Positions 53,201 to 61,665 of a stretch of 64,000 nucleotides of DNA are shown here, piece after piece. The DNA lies in assembly GCA_046583095.1 (NCBI GenBank), contig JAYGDB010000048.1, positions 18,865 to 82,864 on the forward strand, in the 5' to 3' direction. Below the pieces are notes generated by a model. It was not told the origin of the DNA. It ran no database searches and worked only from the letters and a program-made list of their open reading frames with translations. Position 1 is the stretch's first letter, and every line of letters begins with the position of its first letter. The position numbers and the translations under genes were made by a program. Source of the stretch: Myxococcota bacterium (GTDB lineage: Bacteria; Myxococcota_A; UBA9160; UBA4427).

Positions 53201-53373
53201 CCCTCGGGGCTCGCACCTCGCAGCACTGCCGTCACCGACAGCATCGGGAAGTCCATGTTCGGGAATTGATCGACGCCGAGGCGGTTGTAACCCAGTACTC
53301 CGAAGACGATCAGCGCGAGGATCATCATCCAGGTGAAGATGGGTCGCTGGATGCAGATGTCCGAGAGCGTCAT
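50251..53373 (-). CDS. efflux RND transporter permease (AcrB/HAE-type)
   Basis: 1040 aa starting MTLSDICIQRPIFTWMMILALIVFG, with 12-TM/two-loop architecture. Its start overlaps the MFP stop. Confidence 0.93.
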   Translation of the reverse strand: MTLSDICIQRPIFTWMMILALIVFGVLGYNRLGVDQFPNMDFPMLSVTAVLRGASPEGIEEDVTDVIEEQLNTIAGVRTIWSTSAEGAAQIRVEFELGTDLDVVVQDVRDKVALARMGLPSDLDPPVVGRFDANDSAVLWIPIQSSRSPVETSEYVRRQMNPYLETISGVAGVEMFGRRDRNIRIWLDGDELGARGLAAADVLAAIQREHVEVPGGALESERIEYLVRTDAEFRTVEELESLTVAHVGGAPVLLRDVARIEDGAEDLDMEMHYNGVEAVGIGIMRQSGGNTVAIVDEVLDRLDEIQAVLPSGIEIHDPEGFIDFSRGVREAVNETLFALIFGALLAVMTVFVFLRRTRPTLIVAAAIPISLIATFGLVWLFGFTLNTMTLLGMTLAVGVVIDDAIVVLENIERHRERGADPMTAARTGTREIAFAATAATFSVAAVFVPVLFIEGLVGSFLGEFGLTVAGSVIISLFVALTLTPMLAARMPVPRPRAHGSVYQRLERGLGGLERVYQRLLFWTLEHRIKTVISALASLGLIWLFGAQLETEFFPPSDEGIFFAKIEAAPGTALDATVEYLAHDEQWFLAQPELAGIFSAAGTAGGYEQTRSTHKAMIFGNLRPADERERSVFDIINAAREALSKIPGRIIRIYNPGEMMSMGGTSGFQIELRGHLPLEELDRLAQQMIDELERAGGYVGLDKSLKLGMPELRVRPDREKAAALGVSARDIASTVQVMIGGLDVAVFKEAGRRYDIRVRLEEEFRRDPSAIGNLFVRGREGEAIELRNLVEIETTAAPSEITRTNRQRSVSITASLEDQPLGQAVLKAREIAERILPEEVTFALVGQAEAMREGAEQFILAMLLAILAIYMVLAAQFESLVHPLTVMLALPLAMIGALAGLLATGNTLNLFSLIGVILLFGLVTKNSILLVDYANQLRATGLDKVEAMKRAAPVRMRPVLMTALSMIFGVLPAATGLGPGSESRAPMAIATAAGMFSSTVLTLLVVPLFYLVFDDAADAVKRGFRHLFGSTPVPDVQETAS

Positions 53374-54515
53374 TCCCCGTCGCCACCCGCAGCCACGGAC
53401 GTGGGTTTCTCGCCGGTGGCCGTGCGAACATCGACCCGCGATCCGTCGATCAGGCGTGTCTGTCCCCGCACGATGACCACGTCATCGGGCGAGAGGCCCT
53501 TCACGATCTCGACGAGCCCGTCTCGATGCAACCCGGTAGTCACCTGGACACGCTGGGCCTCGCCGGCCCCCAGCATCCGAAACACGACCGAGCCGTCCGA
53601 TCGAAGCAGCACCGCCTCCTCGGGAATCATCACGACATCCTGGCGCTCGCTGATTCCGAGGTCTGCGCGTGCGAACAATCCGGGGCGCAGGCGGCCTTCG
53701 CGGTTCTCTATCCGCGCCTTGACCCGCAAGGTGTGGGTACGCGGATCGATCGTGGGCGAGATGATCGTAACCGTTGCAGGAAATACCTCGTCGGGAAACG
53801 GTGCGACCCGGACACCCACTCGATCGCCTTCCGAAACGAGGCTCGAGTCGCGCTCGGCCAGGTGGAACTCCACCTCGATGTCGTCGAGGGCCACGAGATC
53901 GAAGAGGGCCGATCCCGCAGAGACGAATTCGCCTGCGCTGACGTAGCGCCGGGCCACGCGTCCGGCGAACGGGGCTTCGACGTTCGAGTCCGCCAGCGCG
54001 CGTTCCGCCAACCCGAGCCGGGCGCGAGACGCCGCCAGGCGCGACTCTCCGAGTGCGAGCTGCGTTTGCGACGACTCGACGGCCGCCTGGGATGCAGCAC
54101 CCCGGGCGCGCAGATTCTCGACTCTTCGGCTCTCGCGCCGATGGTCGGCCAGCTGGGCGCTTGCCTCGGCAACCAGGGCGCGCTGGTTCGACACCTCGAG
54201 TTCGCGCCGACCCGGATCGATCTCCAGGATCACCTGGCCCGCCTCGACCGCCGCGCCTTCATCGACGCGGATATGGGTGATCTGGCCACCCACCTGGGCG
54301 GCCACGCTCGCCTGCGAGCGAGCGAGCAGCCGCCCGGTCGCTTCGATGTAATCGAGCACCTCGTGCAACTCGACCGGCTGCACCAGCACCGGCGGCGCTT
54401 GGACGACCGTCGTCTGCGCCTCGTCTCCGCACCCGATCGACGAGAGCAGGAGCCAGGGCAGCAGTGCGGCGAGCTTCCGGTGCGGAAACTCTCGGGAACG
54501 GAACGGGTTCTTCAC
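53370..54515 (-). CDS. efflux RND periplasmic adaptor (MFP), lipoprotein
   Basis: Lipobox LSSIGC, then hairpin and beta-barrel HlyD-like blocks. Confidence 0.88.
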   Translation of the reverse strand: MKNPFRSREFPHRKLAALLPWLLLSSIGCGDEAQTTVVQAPPVLVQPVELHEVLDYIEATGRLLARSQASVAAQVGGQITHIRVDEGAAVEAGQVILEIDPGRRELEVSNQRALVAEASAQLADHRRESRRVENLRARGAASQAAVESSQTQLALGESRLAASRARLGLAERALADSNVEAPFAGRVARRYVSAGEFVSAGSALFDLVALDDIEVEFHLAERDSSLVSEGDRVGVRVAPFPDEVFPATVTIISPTIDPRTHTLRVKARIENREGRLRPGLFARADLGISERQDVVMIPEEAVLLRSDGSVVFRMLGAGEAQRVQVTTGLHRDGLVEIVKGLSPDDVVIVRGQTRLIDGSRVDVRTATGEKPTSVAAGGDGE

Positions 54516-55108
54516 TTCGGCTCCGGCTTGACGAGCCCGCAGATCATGGCGTCGAGCGCGCGGTCAATGAGGTGCTCCGACCAGTCCTCCTCGGGACGGG
54601 TCGTCTGCAACGAGATGATTCCGTGAACCAGCGCCCAGAGGGACTGGCGGGCCAACTCGATATCGGTCTCGAGACGACCCTGCTCTTCCAGCTGGGTCAC
54701 CGGGCGCATCAAGACCTCGCGCGCCTCCTCGCCAGCCGGATGCGGCTCCCGGGTAGAAGTGAGCAGCTGGTAGTGGGTCGGGTTCGCGAGTCCCCAGCGC
54801 ACGAACGCAATGAAGAGCCGCCGCATGTTCTCGACCGGATCGCTCGTGAGATGGACGGAGCGCATCTCGACCAACACCTCCCGCATTCGCAGATCGATCA
54901 AGCGATCGAGCAGACCGGGCTTGTCGCCGAAGTAGTGGTAGATCGTGGGCGCCGCATAGCCGCAGCGGCTGGCGAGCTTCCGCATCGAGAAGCTCTCGTA
55001 TCCCTGCTCGACGAGCAGCTCCTGCGTCGCGTCGAGGATCGCCCGACGCGCCTCTTCGCGATGGCGCAGGCGTCGATCCTGTGCGGTCGTCAGCGGGGTG
55101 GGGGGCAT
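54512..55108 (-). CDS. TetR/AcrR family transcriptional regulator
   Basis: ILDATQELLVEQGYESFSMRKLASRCGYAAPTIYHYFGDK. Confidence 0.9.
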   Translation of the reverse strand: MPPTPLTTAQDRRLRHREEARRAILDATQELLVEQGYESFSMRKLASRCGYAAPTIYHYFGDKPGLLDRLIDLRMREVLVEMRSVHLTSDPVENMRRLFIAFVRWGLANPTHYQLLTSTREPHPAGEEAREVLMRPVTQLEEQGRLETDIELARQSLWALVHGIISLQTTRPEEDWSEHLIDRALDAMICGLVKPEPK

Positions 55109-55185
55109 GGGTCAGGATCGCTCGGTCGAACAGCGTACCATTGATCGAACACTGTTCGAAACGCTCGAGCGGCACTAGAGCGGCC

Positions 55186-56298
55186 CTAGAGGGTTTCGTA
55201 ACCCTCGTTCACCCAGAACTCGAGATCGTCGGGGAGCGCGACATCCGAGTTGGCGTAGCGCTCGGCGGCCTCCGCGCCCTGGCTCCCGGCCCACATCTCC
55301 TTGAAGAGATTCGCGCTGCGCTCGCCGTACAGGCCCAGAGACCGCAGGGTCGGAATGATGAAGCCGCTGACCGGGCCGTACCGCCTGCCGGCCGGGGACT
55401 GCTGGGTCTTCGCGATCCGATCCCGCTCCTTCTCGAGAGCGGAGAAGACGTCGGCGGGATCGACACCGGCATCCCGCCACCCCTGGAGCATGCCGTCACG
55501 CATCGCGAGCCCGGCCCGGGAGGCCATCAGGTCACGCGTGCACTCGAATGCAAAGTCTTGCAGCTCGCGATTCTCGTGCTCACTGAGCGTGGGGACGACG
55601 TGGCTCAGGTACTTGATGCCGTAGCCCGTGTGCCGGGCTTCATCTCGCGAGACGTAGGTGAGTAGCTTCTGGAGCAGGGGCTCGGTCGTGCGGTTGCGCA
55701 TGTCGCGGAACAAGAAGAGAGCGAGGCCCTCGATCACGATCTGCATCCCGACCGCCTTGAACTTCCAGTCCTCCACCGAGACGACCCGGTCGAGCAGCGC
55801 CTGCAGGCCCGGCGTGATCTCCTGCACCTCGCCGAGCTTCTGGATGTACGCGGCGAACACCTCGACGTGGCGCGCCTCGTCGAGAGTCTGTGTTGCGGCG
55901 TAGAACTTTCCGTCCATGTGGGGGACCGAGCTCACCATCTGTCCCGCCACCATCAGCGCCCCCTGCTCCCCGTGCAGGAAGTTCGAGAGCATGAAAATCG
56001 CGGAGGCACGCGAGACGTTCCAGCGCGTCTCGAGGGGCAGGCCCTTCCAGAAGGCCGTCTCACCGATCGGGATACCGCCCATGGTGAAGGTTTCGGTGAA
56101 CGCTTCCCGGTCGATCTCGCTGTCCCAGTCCAGGTCGCGCAGCCCGATCCACTGGCGCTCGAGGGCATTCGCGTAGAGGGTGCGGATCTGGTCGATCTCG
56201 GAGTCGTAGTTCCAGCTGTAGACGGCCGTGAGGGCGGCCTCGACCTGCCGGCCGTCCTTCGGATGCGTCGTCGGGAGTTCGGAGTCCTCAGCCTTCAC
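55186..56298 (-). CDS. ferritin-like di-iron carboxylate protein, paralogue 2
   Basis: FLHGEQGAL, DEARHVE, VIEGLALFLF and DEARHTGYG. By-eye alignment gives roughly 40% identity to the 22378..23451 product. Confidence 0.75.
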   Translation of the reverse strand: MKAEDSELPTTHPKDGRQVEAALTAVYSWNYDSEIDQIRTLYANALERQWIGLRDLDWDSEIDREAFTETFTMGGIPIGETAFWKGLPLETRWNVSRASAIFMLSNFLHGEQGALMVAGQMVSSVPHMDGKFYAATQTLDEARHVEVFAAYIQKLGEVQEITPGLQALLDRVVSVEDWKFKAVGMQIVIEGLALFLFRDMRNRTTEPLLQKLLTYVSRDEARHTGYGIKYLSHVVPTLSEHENRELQDFAFECTRDLMASRAGLAMRDGMLQGWRDAGVDPADVFSALEKERDRIAKTQQSPAGRRYGPVSGFIIPTLRSLGLYGERSANLFKEMWAGSQGAEAAERYANSDVALPDDLEFWVNEGYETL

Positions 56299-57127
56299 TC
56301 GGCCGCCCCGGCTTGACTGTCATGAAGAGGTAGCGATTGACGCTGAAGAAGTACTCGCCCGCCTCGCCGAGGGCGCGGAGATCCGCCGCCCAGGCGTCCG
56401 CGTCTTCCTGGGAGAGTCCCCCGCGTCCCCGGACGAAGAGGCGAATTCCCTCGAGGATGCCGCCACTGTACGAATCCGGACTGTATTCGGGGTTGAACAT
56501 CGGGTTGACGTCCCGCTGCACGATCTGGAAGCCGGCCCGCCTGAGCCGGGGTGTGAGGGTCGTGGGTAGGTGGGCGTCCGCGACATGTTGACTCCAGACC
56601 TCGAGGACGCGCCGCATCCGGGCCGGATCGCTGTTGTGCCAGACGATGCTGCTCCAGTCGGTATCGACGATGAACGCGCGACCGCCGGGCCGCAGCACGC
56701 GGCACAACTCGCGCAGCGCGAGGTCCACATCCTGTACGTACTCGTAGACCTGGGTCGCGACGGCGGCATCGAAGATACCGTCCTGGTAGGGCAGCTCCGT
56801 CGCCTCGCCCACCTGGATGTCGACCCAGTCCTGGTCCCGGCAGCGCTCCCGCGCGAGCGCCACCATCGGCTCGCTCTGGTCGATGCCCGAGATCACCCCC
56901 GAGGCACCCACGATCGCGGCCATGTTCTCGGACAGGAAGCCCGGACCCGAACCGACGTCCAGGACGACTTCGCCGGCGCGCAGGGCCATCGAGTGCAGCA
57001 CGCCTGCACGCTGAAGCGCCACCTCCGGCGTCTTGTACATCCGCTCGAGCATGCGAGCGGTGGCCTCGTTGAAGTCGATGCCACGCGTCGCGCCGGGCAA
57101 GTCGAGTCCGTCTTCCGCTTCCACCAT
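56288..57127 (-). CDS. class I SAM-dependent methyltransferase (UbiE/Methyltransf_11-like)
   Basis: VLDVGSGPGFLSE, LRPGGRAFIVD. Its stop overlaps the start of the di-iron gene by 11 nt. The track ORF extension to 57646 is artefact. Confidence 0.8.
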   Translation of the reverse strand: MVEAEDGLDLPGATRGIDFNEATARMLERMYKTPEVALQRAGVLHSMALRAGEVVLDVGSGPGFLSENMAAIVGASGVISGIDQSEPMVALARERCRDQDWVDIQVGEATELPYQDGIFDAAVATQVYEYVQDVDLALRELCRVLRPGGRAFIVDTDWSSIVWHNSDPARMRRVLEVWSQHVADAHLPTTLTPRLRRAGFQIVQRDVNPMFNPEYSPDSYSGGILEGIRLFVRGRGGLSQEDADAWAADLRALGEAGEYFFSVNRYLFMTVKPGRPSEG

Positions 57128-57277
57128 GGCCTCAAAGATTAGGGCTGGCGATGGCCCGACGCGAGCGTCGCAGCAGGCGGCGACAATCCCGTCCGGCAGC
57201 GCGATTGACGCGCCTCCCATTCCCCGCGCGGGCGCTATCCTGAGAGGCTTCCCAACAACGTTACGAACGGGGCCCCC

Positions 57278-58537
57278 ATGGAACTCAGCGCCTGGCTCTA
57301 TCTCGTCGTCTCTCTCTGGGGCGCCTGGTTCAGCTACAACGCTCACCGACCCATGAAGAGGGTCTCGCAGCTCGCCACCTGGAGCTTCGCGGCCGGCTGG
57401 CTGACGACCGAACTCGCGCTGCACCACATCCTGTGGCAGGCGATCGCCACCGTCGTGTTCGCGACTTTCGGCGCCTTCGAAGCCTGGCCCGGCCAGCTCG
57501 GTCTCGGCATCACCATCGTTTCCTGGCTGGCGCTTCTCGCATCCCAGCGACAGGCCGCCCAGACGCGTGCGGTGTGCGAGCAGGCGCTCTCGACGGGCTT
57601 CGGGAGCGACTACTTCACGAAAATCCGATCCGATCTGCGCTCGCAACTGTCGAGCGAAACCGATTGGCTACGGGTCTTGCGCCCCTTCCCGATCCGGCGA
57701 AAGGGAGTCGAGGTCATCAAGGACATCCAGTTCGCGAGCCCGGATGGAGCCGATCTGCACCTCGACATCTACCGCAACGCGAAGGCACCCACGCAAGCCC
57801 CGGTGCTCTTCCAGATCCACGGCGGTGGCTGGATCATGGGCAGCAAGCAGGAGCAGGCCCTGCCCCTGATGAACCAGCTTGCCGAGATGGGCTGGGTATG
57901 CGTCACGGTGGACTACCGACTCAGCCCCAAGGCCACGTTCCCCGAGCACTTGATCGACTGCAAGCAGGCGCTCGCCTGGGTGAAGGAGAACGTCGCCGAA
58001 TATGGGGGCGACCCCGGCTTCATCGCAGTCACCGGCGGCTCGGCGGGCGGTCATCTCTGCGCGCTGATGGGGCTCACCCAGAACGACCCCGAGTACCAGC
58101 CCGGCTTCGAGAGCGTAGACACCAGCGTCAGCTGCTGTCTCCCGTACTACGGCGTCTACGACTTCGCAGACCGGAACCAGACCCAGTACAACGACGGGCT
58201 GACAAAGGTGCTGGAGGCCCAGATCATGAAGAGCTCCCCGCGCGAAGTTCCGGATGCCTGGGACCGCGCGTCTCCGGTGATGCGGGTGAACGAGAACACC
58301 CCGCCCTTCTTCCTCGTGCACGGCAGCCACGACACGCTGGTGCCCATCCTCGAGGCGCGCGAATTTTCGCGGGTGCTCGGCGAAAAGAGCCCGTCTCCGC
58401 ACGGCTTCGCGGAGCTGCCCGGGGCGCAACACGCCTTCGAGCTGTTTCCCTCCCTCCGCACCCTGCAGGCCAACGACGCGGCCTGCAGCTATCTGGCCCT
58501 GATGTACAGCCAGTACCTGGACGCACGGGAGAGCTGA
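57278..58537 (+). CDS. alpha/beta hydrolase (HSL/esterase-like) with N-terminal 4-TM domain
   Basis: HGGGW oxyanion motif, GGSAGGH nucleophile elbow, and a hydrophobic N-terminal ~110 aa. Confidence 0.8.
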   Translation: MELSAWLYLVVSLWGAWFSYNAHRPMKRVSQLATWSFAAGWLTTELALHHILWQAIATVVFATFGAFEAWPGQLGLGITIVSWLALLASQRQAAQTRAVCEQALSTGFGSDYFTKIRSDLRSQLSSETDWLRVLRPFPIRRKGVEVIKDIQFASPDGADLHLDIYRNAKAPTQAPVLFQIHGGGWIMGSKQEQALPLMNQLAEMGWVCVTVDYRLSPKATFPEHLIDCKQALAWVKENVAEYGGDPGFIAVTGGSAGGHLCALMGLTQNDPEYQPGFESVDTSVSCCLPYYGVYDFADRNQTQYNDGLTKVLEAQIMKSSPREVPDAWDRASPVMRVNENTPPFFLVHGSHDTLVPILEAREFSRVLGEKSPSPHGFAELPGAQHAFELFPSLRTLQANDAACSYLALMYSQYLDARES

Positions 58538-58650
58538 TGGGCAAGGTCTTCGCAGACATCGACGACAAGCTCCGAAGCTTCATCGAGCAGCAGCAGATGT
58601 TCTTCGTGGCGACGGCGCCGCTGGCGGGCGATTGGCTCGCTGAAGGCTAG
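58537..58650 (+). pseudogene. 37-codon remnant of a pyridoxamine-5'-phosphate-oxidase-family (PPOX-like) gene
   Basis: MGKVFADIDDKLRSFIEQQQMFFVATAPLAGD matches the usual N-terminus of ~200-aa PPOX-family proteins, then breaks off (WLAEG*). It is start-coupled to the upstream stop (TGATG). Confidence 0.45.
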
Positions 58651-58658
58651 GAGACGAC

Positions 58659-60155
58659 ATGGACACCATCGCACGAACTCTGGCCGGCCCCGTCGAAGGG
58701 CGCGTCAAAGAAGGTGTCCTGCTGTTCGCCGGGATCCCGTACGCGGCGCCGCCCGTCGGGCCGCTTCGCTTCGAGAAGCCCCAACCTCACGAAGGCTGGC
58801 AGCAGACCCTGTCGGCGACTCGCTTCGGCAACGCCGCCCCGCAGAACGCGGGGGCGGGGCTCACCTCGAGCCCGCCGCGGCGCATGGGCGAGGACTGCCT
58901 CAGCTTGAACGTGACCACTCCGGCTCTCGACGACGCGGGGCGACCGGTTCTCGTCTGGATCCACGGCGGCGGTTTCCGCACCGGCCAGGGGGGCATCCCC
59001 TGGTACAACGGCACGTCGTTCGCAAAGCGGGGCGACATCGTCACCGTGAGCATCAACTACCGCCTCGGTGCACTGGGCTTCGCGAACCTCGCCGGGCTCG
59101 GCGCGCCGCTGTCCGGCCTGGCCGGCATCCTCGACCAGATTGCGGCACTCGAGTGGGTGCGCGACAACATCGCGGCCTTCGGGGGCGACCCGAACAAGGT
59201 GACCGTGGCCGGAGAATCGGCCGGTGCGATGAGTGTCGGCGTCCTGCTCGGATGCCCGGGAGCCGCCGGCCTCTTCCGCGGCGCCATCGCCCAGAGCGGT
59301 GCCGCCCACCACGTGATCGACGACCCCATCGGCCGCGCCATCGGTACGGTGCTGTGCGACAAGCTCGGCGCTCACGATCTCGAGAGCCTTCGCGCGCTTG
59401 CACCGGAGCGTTTCCTCGAGGCACAGCAACAGGTGGACGCAGAGCTGGCCGGGAAGACCCATCTCGGTGCAACGGACCTCTCCGACGCCGACGGCATGTG
59501 GTTCTCGCCGAGCATCGACGGCAGCGCACTGCCGGAACCGCCCGTGGACGCGGTGCGAGCCGGTGCGTCATCGAACGTCGCACTGCTCGTCGGAACCAAC
59601 GCGCAGGAGACGACCCTGTGGCACCAGGACGAACCGGACGAGCGGCGGCTCGAGCGGATCGTCGACCGCTACCTCCCCGACACCCCGAAGGCACTCGATG
59701 CCTATCGCCGGGACCATCCCGGCGCGTCGCTCTTCGACCTGCTGATCGCCGTCACCACCGACTACACGTTCCGCATCCCCGCCCTGCGCCTGGCCGAGGC
59801 CCACGCGGCCAACGGCGGAAACACCTGGAACTACCTCTTCAGCTGGAAGTCGCGCGGCTTCGGTGGGCGGCTCGGCGCCACCCACGCTCTCGAAATTCCC
59901 TTCACGTTCAACAATCTCGAGCGCATGGGAGTCGATGCGTTCCTCGGCGAAGGCCCCCTCCCCCAGGCCCTGGCGGACGACATGCACGCGTCCTGGATCG
60001 CCTTCATCCGGGACGGCGACCCGAACACGACCGACAGCGCCGAGTGGCCGCGCTTCGACGAGAAGCAGCGCGCCGTGATGGAGTTCGGCGACGAGGTTGC
60101 CGTCCGGGAAGACCTGTTGCCGGAGAGCCGTCGCCAGTGGGAAGGCGTCCGCTAG
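58659..60155 (+). CDS. carboxylesterase type B (para-nitrobenzyl-esterase-like)
   Basis: FAGIPYAAPPVGPLRF, EDCLSLNV, WIHGGGF and GESAGAMS. Confidence 0.9.
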   Translation: MDTIARTLAGPVEGRVKEGVLLFAGIPYAAPPVGPLRFEKPQPHEGWQQTLSATRFGNAAPQNAGAGLTSSPPRRMGEDCLSLNVTTPALDDAGRPVLVWIHGGGFRTGQGGIPWYNGTSFAKRGDIVTVSINYRLGALGFANLAGLGAPLSGLAGILDQIAALEWVRDNIAAFGGDPNKVTVAGESAGAMSVGVLLGCPGAAGLFRGAIAQSGAAHHVIDDPIGRAIGTVLCDKLGAHDLESLRALAPERFLEAQQQVDAELAGKTHLGATDLSDADGMWFSPSIDGSALPEPPVDAVRAGASSNVALLVGTNAQETTLWHQDEPDERRLERIVDRYLPDTPKALDAYRRDHPGASLFDLLIAVTTDYTFRIPALRLAEAHAANGGNTWNYLFSWKSRGFGGRLGATHALEIPFTFNNLERMGVDAFLGEGPLPQALADDMHASWIAFIRDGDPNTTDSAEWPRFDEKQRAVMEFGDEVAVREDLLPESRRQWEGVR

Positions 60156-60405
60156 CGGAGTCGATCCGCCAGAAACTTCCGGATCCGGTCGATGGCCCGC
60201 TGCGCGTCGGGCAGCAGGGTTGCCATCTCCGTCCTATCCCACGCAGCGACTGTAGCTGCAGCGGAAGGATTCAAGGCGCGCTGGAAGGTCGCTGCGCCGG
60301 CTGACTGCGTACGCGGGTCCCGCGACGCGGCGGTTCAGGCCCGAGGCCGGACCGTCGATACGCCTGGGAGTTGTCGGGAGGGGACCGACGGGGAGGGGGC
60401 CTGAG

Positions 60406-60951
60406 ATGAACGAGCTTCTGGATGTCCGACGGTGGCCACACGCGTTGCTGCGATACCCCTTGCTGATACTGATGGCCCTCCTCCTGGGCGCCCTCCTGGC
60501 GTTCTCGTACTCCTACGCGCCGCTGCATCGCGCCAAGGACTGGAAGATCGGGTACCTCGAGGAGCGTCTCGAGAGCCGCAACCAGCAACTGCGGGAGGCC
60601 GGGAACAACCTCACCGAAGCCCGGACCTCTCTGAACGGAACGCTCTCGCGTGGAGAGGTCTCGGCGATCCGGACGCAGCTCGGGGAGGCCACACGCCTCG
60701 CCGACTCCCGCAAGAACGAGATTACCTCGCTCCAGAAGAGGCTCACGCAAGCCAGGAAGACCCGCGACCAGTGGAGAAACCGGCACGCGACTGCGCTGTC
60801 CGAGATCGAGGCGCAGCAACAGCGGGCGGTACCCGTCATCACGGTGAAGCCGGCTGTCGAGACCATACCGGCCCCGCCCGCCGCGATCGCACCTGAGACA
60901 CCCGGGCCGTCTGGCGACACGCCCGAAACCGTCACTCCGATCGAGGACTGA
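60406..60951 (+). CDS. hypothetical membrane-anchored coiled-coil protein
   Basis: One N-terminal TM, a heptad-rich middle, and a Pro/Ala/Thr-rich tail. Confidence 0.55.
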   Translation: MNELLDVRRWPHALLRYPLLILMALLLGALLAFSYSYAPLHRAKDWKIGYLEERLESRNQQLREAGNNLTEARTSLNGTLSRGEVSAIRTQLGEATRLADSRKNEITSLQKRLTQARKTRDQWRNRHATALSEIEAQQQRAVPVITVKPAVETIPAPPAAIAPETPGPSGDTPETVTPIED

Positions 60952-61051
60952 CGCTCGCTGCGGGACCCCAGCGTCCCGCTGGCGAGTGGACTCCCGGCGC
61001 CGGCTGCCGCTAGATTCCGCGCGGCCACTCCCCCGGCCGGAGCCCCTCGAC

Positions 61052-61564
61052 ATGACGACGCTCGACCTCTCCCGACGTTCGTTCCTGCACAGCTCTGTGG
61101 TGCTCTCGGCCGGACTGGTTCTTCCGGTGCGGGCGTTCGCCGACTCGCACGCGGGCCTGAAGGACGCGGTCGCGAAGAGCCCGCTCGTGTACATCTCGCC
61201 GCTCAAGAGCGACGGCTCCGAGAGCCAGTGCCACGGCGAGGTGTGGTTCGTCGCAGACGGTGACGACCTGCTCGTCGTAACGAATCCGGAGCGCTGGCGT
61301 GCTGCCTGTCTCTCGAAGGGCCTCGACCGGGCGCGCATCTGGGTGGGCGACTTCGGCGCGTGGAAGCAATCGAAGGGCGCCTTCCGCAGCGCGCCCAGCT
61401 ACGTCGCCAGGAGCTCCCTCGATGCCGACCCGGCCGCGCATGCCCGCGCGCTGGAGACGTTTGGAAGCAAGTACCCCGATGAGTGGGACAAGTGGGGACC
61501 GCGCTTTGCCAAGGGTCTCGCCTCCGGCAAGCGCGTTCTGATCCGTTACACGCAGGGCGCCTGA
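61052..61564 (+). CDS. hypothetical exported protein with twin-arginine signal
   Basis: MTTLDLSRRSFLHSSVVLSAGLVLPVRAFA matches the Tat pattern S-R-R-x-F-L. No recognised family. Confidence 0.6.
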   Translation: MTTLDLSRRSFLHSSVVLSAGLVLPVRAFADSHAGLKDAVAKSPLVYISPLKSDGSESQCHGEVWFVADGDDLLVVTNPERWRAACLSKGLDRARIWVGDFGAWKQSKGAFRSAPSYVARSSLDADPAAHARALETFGSKYPDEWDKWGPRFAKGLASGKRVLIRYTQGA

Positions 61565-61665
61565 CGGGCCTCAGCACTTCGCCCGCAGCCCGTGCGCAAG
61601 TCCCACCCGGAGCCCCCCTCATCCCTCATCCAATGGGTCGACATTGCCGATGAGTTCGGCAGCGC

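Noticed and set aside
60153-60227. 24-codon minus-strand ORF (MATLLPDAQRAIDRIRKFLADRLR) after the carboxylesterase gene.
   Set aside because: The GGAG abuts the ATG with no spacer. It is too short and I recognise no family.
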